Assembly (NCBI GenBank): GCA_947573745.1
Contig: CANPGX010000001.1
Location: 1-34,540, forward strand
DNA length: 34,540 nt
Origin: an uncultured Erysipelotrichaceae bacterium
Lineage (GTDB): Bacteria; Bacillota_I; Bacilli_A; Erysipelotrichales; Coprobacillaceae
Direction of reading: 5' to 3'
The position numbers and the translations under genes are program-made. Positions within the stretch are counted from its first letter, which is position 1. Each line of letters opens with the position of its first letter. Positions 21,640 to 29,515 of the stretch are shown here, one piece after another. Below the pieces are notes generated by a model. That model was not told the DNA's origin. It saw nothing but the letters and a program-made list of their open reading frames with translations, and ran no database searches.

Positions 21640-22278
21640 CTAAAGTTTTTTAACAGGGTGCCTAACCACTGTTTTTAGTGTATCTGGGGAACATTTTCTT
21701 GGATCACTTAAATAGATCTCATGATGGAATCTATTTTCTGTGATATCTAATGCATACCCATTTTCTTCCATATATTTATTCATAGAAGCTATTGTTTTAG
21801 GTTCATCATCATAAGGACCAATATGCATACATTGGACACATAAACCTTCATCATAATGTAAAAACTCTATTTTAGAAAAATCTTGCTTCTTTTTCTTGGT
21901 TGCTTGTTCAATGGCCCATAAGACATCTTCTCTTGTCACAAAATCTGGCACTCTGATCATTGAAATAAAACACATTTGTTCTTTATGTTGGTAATCGATA
22001 GATCCTTGAATCCCTTCTTGCCACCAAAACCCTTCTAATGGTGGAACGACATAACTAAAATAGCCTTCTATCTGATGATCAGTTTTATAACTCATTTTAA
22101 TCGTATAAGCCAGACCATACAACAAGCCTATCGATTTTTTATACTCCCCATCTTCATCATTAGGATCCCCTTTTCCTCTTATCGCAATATAGTTCATAGA
22201 AGGAATTTCAATTATACTAGGAACTGTTTTTGGCATATAAAATGCTTTATATTCTTTTTTATAATCAAATGTCATCAT
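21640..22278 (-). CDS. GyrI-like small-molecule-binding domain protein
   Basis: MMTFDYKKEYKAFYMPK...IEIPSMNYIAIRGKGDP... pattern. Start moved to the ATG at 22278 behind AAAGGAGAG. Confidence 0.65.
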   Translation of the reverse strand: MMTFDYKKEYKAFYMPKTVPSIIEIPSMNYIAIRGKGDPNDEDGEYKKSIGLLYGLAYTIKMSYKTDHQIEGYFSYVVPPLEGFWWQEGIQGSIDYQHKEQMCFISMIRVPDFVTREDVLWAIEQATKKKKQDFSKIEFLHYDEGLCVQCMHIGPYDDEPKTIASMNKYMEENGYALDITENRFHHEIYLSDPRKCSPDTLKTVVRHPVKKL

Positions 22279-22374
22279 TATCTCTCCTTTAATCTTATTA
22301 TATAGAATATTTATCAAATTTCATGAATTTATGAAAATACGATTTAAAAAGGGCATTCATGATAACCCCTATAT

Positions 22375-22794
22375 TTAAATCGTAAAATCTTTATATACAT
22401 GACGATAAGCTTTTGCACGTCTGATTCTCATCACCGATTCCTCATTTGGAAAATGTGTTGGATTCATATGTGTCTTCTGATAAATTTCAATGAGATCATA
22501 GGCATCTTGCATCACTTCTTCCAAATCCATCGTTCCATATATTTGAGGAGGTAATAAATAAAGGGGTATAGACGGATTCGTTTCCTCAACAAATTTTTTG
22601 ACAGATATAAATAAATGCGGACAACATAACATAATATCAAAATCCTTGATTTTTTCTCTACACGCTAAAGAAAAAGGTGCAAACTCAATATAAACTTCAT
22701 CTTGTTTTTGTTTTTTGATCACTTCTTTTTTCATTTTTTCTGCCATATGACTTGATGAAAAGCCACCACCACAACATACTAACATTCTCAACAT
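22375..22794 (-). CDS. PTS EIIB (lactose/cellobiose type)-like domain protein with a C-terminal extension, orphan
   Basis: MLVCCGGGFSSSHMAEKMKKE resembles the EIIB-Cel phospho-Cys loop. No EIIA or EIIC nearby. Confidence 0.5.
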   Translation of the reverse strand: MLRMLVCCGGGFSSSHMAEKMKKEVIKKQKQDEVYIEFAPFSLACREKIKDFDIMLCCPHLFISVKKFVEETNPSIPLYLLPPQIYGTMDLEEVMQDAYDLIEIYQKTHMNPTHFPNEESVMRIRRAKAYRHVYKDFTI

Positions 22795-23090
22795 ACACCT
22801 TCACTCCTTTCTAATGGTTGTGTATCTTTGACCCAGTACCATTGTCCATCCCGGGTTCTTTCTAAAAGTTGGTAATCAATCAATAATCTTCTAAGATATG
22901 AGAAATCCGCATAGATCGATTGAAGGATATCATTCACTTCTGTTTCACGATATGAACGTTGTTTTTCAAAACGTTGAACAACTTCTTGTAAAATGATCCT
23001 TTTCCTTTTATCTTTGGAAGGGATGGTTTTTATGGTGCCATCTTCTAATAAATATAATGATAATATTTTTTGTTTTTCTTTTTCATCCAT
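22788..23090 (-). CDS. DUF2087 domain protein
   Basis: IPSKDKRKRIILQEVVQRFEKQRSYRETEVNDIL...YLRRLLIDYQLLER...GQWYW fits the DUF2087 pattern. Has a 7-nt overlap with the downstream EIIB-like gene. Confidence 0.65.
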   Translation of the reverse strand: MDEKEKQKILSLYLLEDGTIKTIPSKDKRKRIILQEVVQRFEKQRSYRETEVNDILQSIYADFSYLRRLLIDYQLLERTRDGQWYWVKDTQPLERSEGVC

Positions 23091-23102
23091 GATCTTTCCT
23101 CC

Positions 23103-24011
23103 TTATTTTTGGCACTGTTGGATAAAGTCAGAAATGACTTGCATATATTTTTGAGGATCTTTATCATAAGCACAACCATGTTTTGCCCCTTCTACAACAT
23201 ATAATGCTTTTTGAGCAGAGCAAGCTTGATAAAGACGATGTACCATAGAATAAGGTACAAAATCATCTTGATCGCCATGAATAAATAATGTTGGCGTCAA
23301 AGACAAATGTAGGGCTTCTAAAGCATCAACATCCTCAAAAAAGTAATCAGCTTTCAGCTTGGCTATCAAACTGGCTAGTTTGATGATGATTTTAGAAGAT
23401 ATATGATACTGTTGATTCATTTGATAAGAAAATTCTTCCATAGCTGTCGTATAACCACAATCTTCAACAGCAGCAATCACATTTTCTGGCAAATCTTCTC
23501 CTGTTGTTAGCATGATGGTGGTTGCTCCCATGGATACACCATAAAGCACAATATGAGCCTGAGGAGCTTCTTTTAGAATATCTCCCATCCAATACAAGAG
23601 ATCAAAATGATCATGATATCCCATTCCAATATAATCGCCTTCACTTTGTCCATGCCCTCTTAAATCAGGTAGTACAACATGATAGCCTAAATCTTGAAAT
23701 GAATGAGCTATATGGATCATATCTAAAGCACTACTTCCATAACCATGCACACAAATAACATAAGTATCTATAGTCCCTGGAAGACTATAAGCGTGTAAAC
23801 GTTTTTGATCAAAACTCTCTATATAAAGATCTTGATAATCTCTTTGATTCAATGTTTCCAACGCCTGTTTACGTCTTTGAAAATGATCTTTACTTAAAAA
23901 AGAACGATGGTGATGACGATCAATGGTTAAACGATAAAAATAATGTCCGATAGAAAGTAAAGTTGTCACTAAACCACCTGTAGCCAATAAGGCGATATGT
24001 CTCTTTTTCAT
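23103..24011 (-). CDS. alpha/beta hydrolase with an N-terminal membrane anchor
   Basis: HGYGSS oxyanion region, nucleophile elbow GVSMGA, and C-terminal D/H residues. Confidence 0.8.
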   Translation of the reverse strand: MKKRHIALLATGGLVTTLLSIGHYFYRLTIDRHHHRSFLSKDHFQRRKQALETLNQRDYQDLYIESFDQKRLHAYSLPGTIDTYVICVHGYGSSALDMIHIAHSFQDLGYHVVLPDLRGHGQSEGDYIGMGYHDHFDLLYWMGDILKEAPQAHIVLYGVSMGATTIMLTTGEDLPENVIAAVEDCGYTTAMEEFSYQMNQQYHISSKIIIKLASLIAKLKADYFFEDVDALEALHLSLTPTLFIHGDQDDFVPYSMVHRLYQACSAQKALYVVEGAKHGCAYDKDPQKYMQVISDFIQQCQK

Positions 24012-24030
24012 TTTCTCATCCTTTCATCCA

Positions 24031-24582
24031 TTATTTTTCACTAAAATAAGGTATCAATCTTTGGTATTCATCTAATAAAATACAATAGGTCTGATATGTT
24101 TTATCTTCAATCAAGGCTTTTTCTAAAGTTTTATATTCCATCCATACAACATCTGTGACTTCACTTTCTTGAAGTTTCAGTTGCTCTAAAGGTTGGTCCC
24201 ATTCTAATAAATAGACATACTGAATTTCATGATCATGAAATGGTTTACCATGAAACATATAATGATGGTTTGCCTCTTGCCAAAATGCAAATTTCAAAGT
24301 ATACCCAGTAATCCCTAACTCTTCTTCTAATTCACGGTATGCTGCTTGTTCAAATGTTTCTCCCGGATCCAAATGCCCAGCACTACTTGTATCTAAACAA
24401 CCAGGAAAAGAATCCTTATCAGGACTTCTTTTCTGTAATAAAATATCTATCGAACCTTGATGATGCCGATAAATAAAAATATGACTTGCACCATGAAGGT
24501 CTCCATCACGATGCACTTTTTCTCGTGGTTTAATGATACCTGATGGTGTTCCATCTGGATTTAAGATCATAAATGATTCCAT
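24031..24582 (-). CDS. NUDIX hydrolase
   Basis: Nudix box GHLDPGETFEQAAYRELEEELGI. Confidence 0.85.
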   Translation of the reverse strand: MESFMILNPDGTPSGIIKPREKVHRDGDLHGASHIFIYRHHQGSIDILLQKRSPDKDSFPGCLDTSSAGHLDPGETFEQAAYRELEEELGITGYTLKFAFWQEANHHYMFHGKPFHDHEIQYVYLLEWDQPLEQLKLQESEVTDVVWMEYKTLEKALIEDKTYQTYCILLDEYQRLIPYFSEK

Positions 24583-24702
24583 ACAATTACCCTCTTTTCT
24601 TTTATTTTACTTTGAAAGCGTTTATATAGCAAGTATCTTAAAAAGAAATGATTTTGTTTGTAAAAACACAGAAAAAAAGCTATATTTTTCAGTGCTAATT
24701 TA

Positions 24703-24731
24703 TTGAGAAGCCCTAAGAGGCATGCTATAAT
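24703..24731 (+). promoter_or_regulatory. sigma-A-type promoter of the pfl locus
   Basis: TTGAGA - 17 nt - TGcTATAAT (extended -10), about 35 nt upstream of the RBS GGGGGA and the ATG at 24766. Confidence 0.5.
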
Positions 24732-24765
24732 TGTGACGTTAAAAAATTAACAGGGGGAAAAATAA

Positions 24766-26810
24766 ATGACATTTAAAGAATTATGGCATGATCACTGGAA
24801 TGGCTTTATCCCATCTGGTAAGTGGAATAAAGTTGTTGATTTAAGAGATTTTATTCAAGCTAACTTCACACCTTATGATGGTGATGAAAGCTTTTTAGCT
24901 GGTCCAACTGAAGCTACAAAGAAATTATGGGAGCAAGTGATGGATCTAACGAAACAGGAAAGAGAAGCCGGTGGTGTTTTAGATATGGATACAAAAATTG
25001 TATCTACGATTACATCTCATGGCGCTGGCTATCTTAATAAAGATCTAGAAACGATTGTTGGTTTCCAAACGGACAAACCATTTAAACGTTCTTTACAACC
25101 TTTTGGTGGTATTCGTATTGCTGAACAAGCTTGTGAAACCAATGGTTATAAAGTAGATCCTGAAATTTCACGTATTTTTAGAGATTGGCGTAAAACACAC
25201 AATCAAGGTGTATTTGATGTTTATACACCAGAAATCAGAGCTTGTCGTTCAAGCCATATCATTACAGGATTACCTGATGGTTATGGTCGTGGACGTATTA
25301 TTGGTGACTATCGTCGTGTTGCTTTATATGGTGTTGATAAACTGATTGAAGATAAGAAAAATCAATTGGCAACATCTCAAGTACGTATGACTTCTGAAAA
25401 CATTCGTTTACGCGAAGAATTAAGCGAACAAATTCGTGCATTACAAGAATTAAAAGAATTAGGTCACATTTATGGGTATGATATCAGTCAACCTGCAAAA
25501 AATACAAAAGAAGCTATTCAATGGTTATACTTTGGATATTTAGCAGCCGTTAAAGAACAAAACGGAGCAGCTATGTCTTTAGGTAGAACATCAACATTTA
25601 TTGATATCTATGTTGAAAGAGATTTAAAAAATGGCACTTTTACAGAAGAACAAATTCAAGAATTTATCGATCATTTTATCATGAAGTTAAGATTAGTCAA
25701 ATTTGCTAGAACACCTGACTATAACGCTATTTTCGCTGGTGATCCAACTTGGGTAACTGAATCTATTGCTGGTGTGAATATCGATGGTCAACACATGGTA
25801 ACCAAGACTTCTTTCCGTTATTTACATACTTTGGAAAATCTAGGAACTGCTCCTGAACCAAATATGACGGTTTTATGGTCTATTAAGTTACCTGCAGCAT
25901 TCAAGAGATATTGTGCTAAGATGTCTATTCATACTTCTTCTATTCAATATGAAAATGATGATTTAATGAGAGGCACTCATGGTGATGATTACGCTATTGC
26001 ATGTTGTGTATCAAGTATGCGTGTTGGTAAAGAAATGCAATTCTTTGGTGCTCGTGCAAACTTAGCTAAATGTTTATTATACGCTATTAACGGTGGTGTT
26101 GATGAAAAGACTAAGAATTCCGCCCAGTTGAAGGTGACTACCTAGAATATAATGACGTGATTGAAAAGTATAAAGATATGATGCAATGGTTAGCTGGTGT
26201 TTATGTGAATGCTTTAAACATCATTCACTACATGCATGATAAATATGCTTATGAAAGAATTCAAATGGCTTTACATGATCGTGAAGTTAAACGTTATTTT
26301 GCTACTGGTATCGCTGGTTTATCTGTTGTCACTGACTCATTATCTGCTATTAAATATGCTAAAGTTAAAGTTAAACGTGACGAAGATGGCATTGTTGTAG
26401 GATACGACGTAGAGGGTGATTTCCCTAAATATGGTAACGATGATGATCGTGCCGATGAAATTGCTTCATGGTTAGTTGAAACATTTATGGACTTCGTTCG
26501 TTCTCATCATACTTATCGTCATTCAGTACCAACTACTTCTATCTTAACCATCACATCAAATGTTGTTTATGGTAAAGCTACAGGGGATACTCCTGATGGT
26601 AGAAAAGCTGGTGAACCTTTCGCTCCTGGTGCTAATCCAATGCACGGTAGAGATACACACGGTGCTATTGCATCTTTATCTTCAGTTGCAAAATTACCAT
26701 TCAAGGATGCCCAAGATGGTATCTCTAATACATTCTCAATGATTCCAGGCGCTTTAGGAAAAGATATTATTACATCTGGATATCTTGATCTTGATGATTT
26801 AGACAAATAA
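24766..26810 (+). pseudogene. pflB: formate C-acetyltransferase (pyruvate formate-lyase) core, frameshifted near 26110-26116 and lacking the C-terminal glycyl-radical domain
   Basis: Track ORFs 24766..26145 and 26157..26810 are collinear with PflB (active-site AIACCVS; ...[30 protein letters not shown]...). The frame switches between ...GGVDEKTK (frame 1) and [15 protein letters not shown] (frame 0). The ORF ends ...[19 protein letters not shown] instead of continuing into the RVSGY domain. Confidence 0.85.
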
Positions 26811-26812
26811 CC

Positions 26813-27019
26813 ATGGTAAAAGAAAAAGATATCGATCAACTTATTCAAATGCTTGACCAATTTGCTATACAAGGATCAAGCCATATGAATGTTCAGGTCA
26901 ATCAAGATGGTGAATTAAACACTGAGGAAATCAGCATTACACAAGGTATGGACTGTGCCCTTGGGGATACAGCTTGTAAAATTCCTAATCTTCCTATGGA
27001 AGATGATGATGAATATTAA
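26813..27019 (+). CDS. 68-aa ORF, degenerate paralog of the N-terminal part of the PFL glycyl-radical domain (no RVSGY motif)
   Basis: KDIDQLIQMLDQFAIQGSSHMNVQV aligns with [24 protein letters not shown] in the next ORF. The C-terminal half is unrelated and includes CALGDTAC and an acidic tail. The ATG lies 2 nt after the core stop, and no clear RBS is present. Confidence 0.4.
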   Translation: MVKEKDIDQLIQMLDQFAIQGSSHMNVQVNQDGELNTEEISITQGMDCALGDTACKIPNLPMEDDDEY

Positions 27020-27040
27020 TTAAATAAGGAGGTTAAAACT

Positions 27041-27280
27041 ATGGAAAATGAACAAAGAGTAGATAATTTAGTGAATATGCTTGATGCATATGTTCAACAA
27101 GGAGGACATCATCTAAACGTAAATGTTCTTTCAAAAGAAACATTATTAGATGCTCAAAAACATCCTGAAAATTATCCACAATTAACAATTCGTGTTTCTG
27201 GATATGCTGTTAACTTTGTAAAACTTACTAAAGAACAACAGGATGACGTTATTTCACGTACATTCCACGAAAGTATGTAA
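27041..27280 (+). CDS. stand-alone glycyl-radical domain (PFL C-terminus / GrcA-like), 79 aa
   Basis: GGHHLNVNV...[37 protein letters not shown] is the canonical PFL C-terminus with the radical glycine motif RVSGY. Has its own strong RBS (AAGGAGG, 8 nt before the ATG). Confidence 0.85.
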   Translation: MENEQRVDNLVNMLDAYVQQGGHHLNVNVLSKETLLDAQKHPENYPQLTIRVSGYAVNFVKLTKEQQDDVISRTFHESM

Positions 27281-27425
27281 CTATCTATAATTTTCATCTT
27301 AGCATGATTAAATTATAGCCAATTTAACAAACAAAAACGGGTATTTTTAGGATTTGTTATTGATACAGTATAGTTTCAACTTAAAAACAACTTACCCCAA
27401 AATTACCCCATAAAAAGTTAGAGAA

Positions 27426-27453
27426 GGAGCTGTCTAAGGATAGCTCTTTTTCT
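27426..27453 (+). terminator. weak candidate terminator downstream of the pfl locus
   Basis: GGAGCT-10 nt loop-AGCTCT followed by TTTTCT. Short stem with one G-U pair. Confidence 0.3.
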
Positions 27454-27615
27454 GTACTCAAAAAGCACCATAGAAGGCGCTTAAGTACTATATGTTTAAA
27501 TGTTAGTGATTGTTAACTTTTTGAGCTCTTATTGCCTTATCCTAGAAGATTTCTAAGTTTAGGCATGTATTTATATCTGTTTCCCATTTCTCGTTTAGAT
27601 AGAAATTACAGACTT

Positions 27616-27960
27616 CTATATATCTAATTGATCTATCTGTTGATTCAAAACTTCTTTGTATCTCTTCATATTGATATTGTATAGTTCACATATCTTGTAA
27701 TCCGCTTCTAAGAACTGATACTTATAACATAACAAAGGATATTCTTTGATGACCTTATCTAGTTCCAACCATGCTAGCAACATGCTTTCATAAGCTTCAT
27801 CTCTCTCCTGGAGCCTATCAACTAGGCTTTTATTTGATGTAGATCTTACTTGATCATAATTTATACTAGCTGTTCCGTGTAACTTACTATTGAGATACTC
27901 AAACTTGTTTTTAGCTTTGCCGTAAGATTCTAGAAATACTATTTTCTCTTTTCTATTCAT
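27616..27960 (-). CDS. hypothetical; possible sigma-70 region-4 / DUF1492- or RinA/ArpU-like phage regulator
   Basis: 114 aa. Based on general shape only: a coiled N-terminal half followed by ...PLLCYKYQFLEADYKICELYNINMKRYKEVL, which resembles an r4-type HTH. Last gene of the element. Confidence 0.3.
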   Translation of the reverse strand: MNRKEKIVFLESYGKAKNKFEYLNSKLHGTASINYDQVRSTSNKSLVDRLQERDEAYESMLLAWLELDKVIKEYPLLCYKYQFLEADYKICELYNINMKRYKEVLNQQIDQLDI

Positions 27961-27968
27961 TGGCCACT

Positions 27969-28217
27969 TTATAAACCTTCGATTCTAAATGAGTTGATGT
28001 AGTCTATTTGTTCTTGATTCAATTCTAGTTCCTTTGCTATTTCTAATATCTCTTCTTGGCTCATTTCATTTATCATCATAATTGACTTAAACTTTTCTTT
28101 TTGATCACGTTGATATCTTCTTTTTATACCACTATTGATTCCACCTTTTCGGCCATTTACTCGTGCTCGTTCTTCACCTTTTCTATAGGGTTTAAGGTTT
28201 TCTAAGGTTGCTCTCAT
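27969..28217 (-). CDS. small basic protein (82 aa), possibly DNA-binding / small-terminase-like N-terminus
   Basis: Start moved to the ATG at 28217 behind AGGAGAG. MRATLENLKPYRKGEERARVNGRKGGINSGIKRR is Lys/Arg/Gly-rich. Functional guess only. Confidence 0.3.
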   Translation of the reverse strand: MRATLENLKPYRKGEERARVNGRKGGINSGIKRRYQRDQKEKFKSIMMINEMSQEEILEIAKELELNQEQIDYINSFRIEGL

Positions 28218-28283
28218 ATCTTCTCTCCTTGCGAGTTTATTCACGCTTCAACATATTAAAAAGGGAAAAAGATAGACTTACGC

Positions 28284-28874
28284 CTATCCTATATACTTTA
28301 AGCCACCATCAAATTTTTCACCAATGAAATCATTCATTCCCATAATACCAAATCTAGTAGAACGGTTCCCCAATCCATTTTCAACATAATCTTCTACTTG
28401 TTCTTTTTCTCTATTAAGATAATCAATAGTTTTCTTAACTCGATCTTCTTCTAAAAAGCGTGGAATCGCAACACCGCTCTTATTGATAGCGCCATTAATG
28501 AGTTTCAAAGCATACATATCTTCGATATAATTGTTATTCACGATCTCATGTAATGCCATTTCATCATAAGCTCCAAGTTCTATACCTTTGATAATATTAC
28601 TTAAGCCAACTTGGTAGCTTGTATCTGACAACCTTCTTTTCATTTCTGCTTTGTTATTTTCTTGTACTGCTGTGATTGCTTGATCTAGAATATCATTCAA
28701 AAGCTTTGCATACTTCTCTTCTACCTTGTGGAAATTACTCTGTAAAAGCTCTTTTTGTTTTTTCTTCCCCTCAATGGTGAGATCTTCATTATCATCTACT
28801 TTTGCAATTTTATTCATGATCTTATTTCGTTCGTTCTCATATTCATTTAATAAACGTAAAAATTTTTCTTTCAT
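28284..28874 (-). CDS. hypothetical protein (196 aa), element accessory gene B
   Basis: Track ORF trimmed to the ATG at 28874 behind AAAGGAG. K/E/N-rich and helical-looking, with no TM segment and no motif recognised. Confidence 0.6.
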   Translation of the reverse strand: MKEKFLRLLNEYENERNKIMNKIAKVDDNEDLTIEGKKKQKELLQSNFHKVEEKYAKLLNDILDQAITAVQENNKAEMKRRLSDTSYQVGLSNIIKGIELGAYDEMALHEIVNNNYIEDMYALKLINGAINKSGVAIPRFLEEDRVKKTIDYLNREKEQVEDYVENGLGNRSTRFGIMGMNDFIGEKFDGGLKYIG

Positions 28875-28896
28875 TCCTCTTATATTCTCCTTTCTC

Positions 28897-29490
28897 TTAT
28901 AAAATAAAATCATGGTTGAAGAAGTTTTCTAATTGAGCTTCAATGGCAAGCAATGGGCTAGCCCCACTAAGATATAAGGCTGTTCCTAAACTAGCTCTAT
29001 CCCAGTTCCAAATGTAATGCTCGGCTCCTTCTTTAGCATTGGTCAATAGATCTTGTACGGCATCAGCTGACAAGATATCAATATTCTTTGCCTTTCCTAC
29101 CTCATGTAATAATCCAATGAGCGCCTTGCATGCAATGTAATTCTTTCTATAGCTCTTAATGTAGACTTCTGCTTCTAGATCACTTGTACTTTCTTTACTT
29201 GCCCTAATAGCTTCTAGTGTTGAGGTAAATGTATTTGGTGCTGGTTCTGTAAGAATGTTGTGCATTTCTTCAAATAATTTATTAAACTCTTCATTGATGA
29301 TTGCTAAAGCAGATTGTCTTTCATTGATAACTGTATTGTTCAGCTGTGCAATTGCCTTATCTAATTTCTCATCTAAAAGGGCTCCTCTATAATTATTTTT
29401 ATACTCTTTTTCCACTTTTTCATAGTTCTCATAAGCTGATGTTAAAACATCATTGTATGTATTCATGACTTTTTTTGTTTGTTCAAACAT
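28897..29490 (-). CDS. hypothetical protein (197 aa), element accessory gene A
   Basis: RBS AAAGGAGA upstream. Helical-looking, with no TM segment and no motif recognised. Confidence 0.6.
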   Translation of the reverse strand: MFEQTKKVMNTYNDVLTSAYENYEKVEKEYKNNYRGALLDEKLDKAIAQLNNTVINERQSALAIINEEFNKLFEEMHNILTEPAPNTFTSTLEAIRASKESTSDLEAEVYIKSYRKNYIACKALIGLLHEVGKAKNIDILSADAVQDLLTNAKEGAEHYIWNWDRASLGTALYLSGASPLLAIEAQLENFFNHDFIL

Positions 29491-29515
29491 AGTTTTATTA
29501 TTCTCCTTTTGTTAT

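Noticed and set aside
24732-24752. TGTGACGTTAAAAAATTAACA downstream of the pfl -10, considered as a Rex/FNR/CRP-type site.
   Set aside because: The right half-site does not match TCACA/TTCACAA, and the spacing is wrong. Only one arm resembles the consensus.
26114-26120. A GAATTC (EcoRI) site exactly at the pflB frameshift, considered as a possible cloning or chimeric-assembly junction.
   Set aside because: Both sides are contiguous, collinear PflB sequence with at most a few residues missing. A 6-mer of this composition is expected by chance in AT-rich DNA.
26560-26872. Track ORFs 26560..26742(+) and 26567..26872(-) within the PFL core.
   Set aside because: They are alternative-frame or antisense ORFs inside a region with unambiguous PflB homology.
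26775-27046. The pfl insert, considered as an intein, group I/II intron or homing-endonuclease insertion.
   Set aside because: It is too short (~270 bp). It has no intein splice-junction residues, and no intron-like structure or endonuclease ORF. Its content is paralogous to the flanking exon, which points to an old partial duplication instead.
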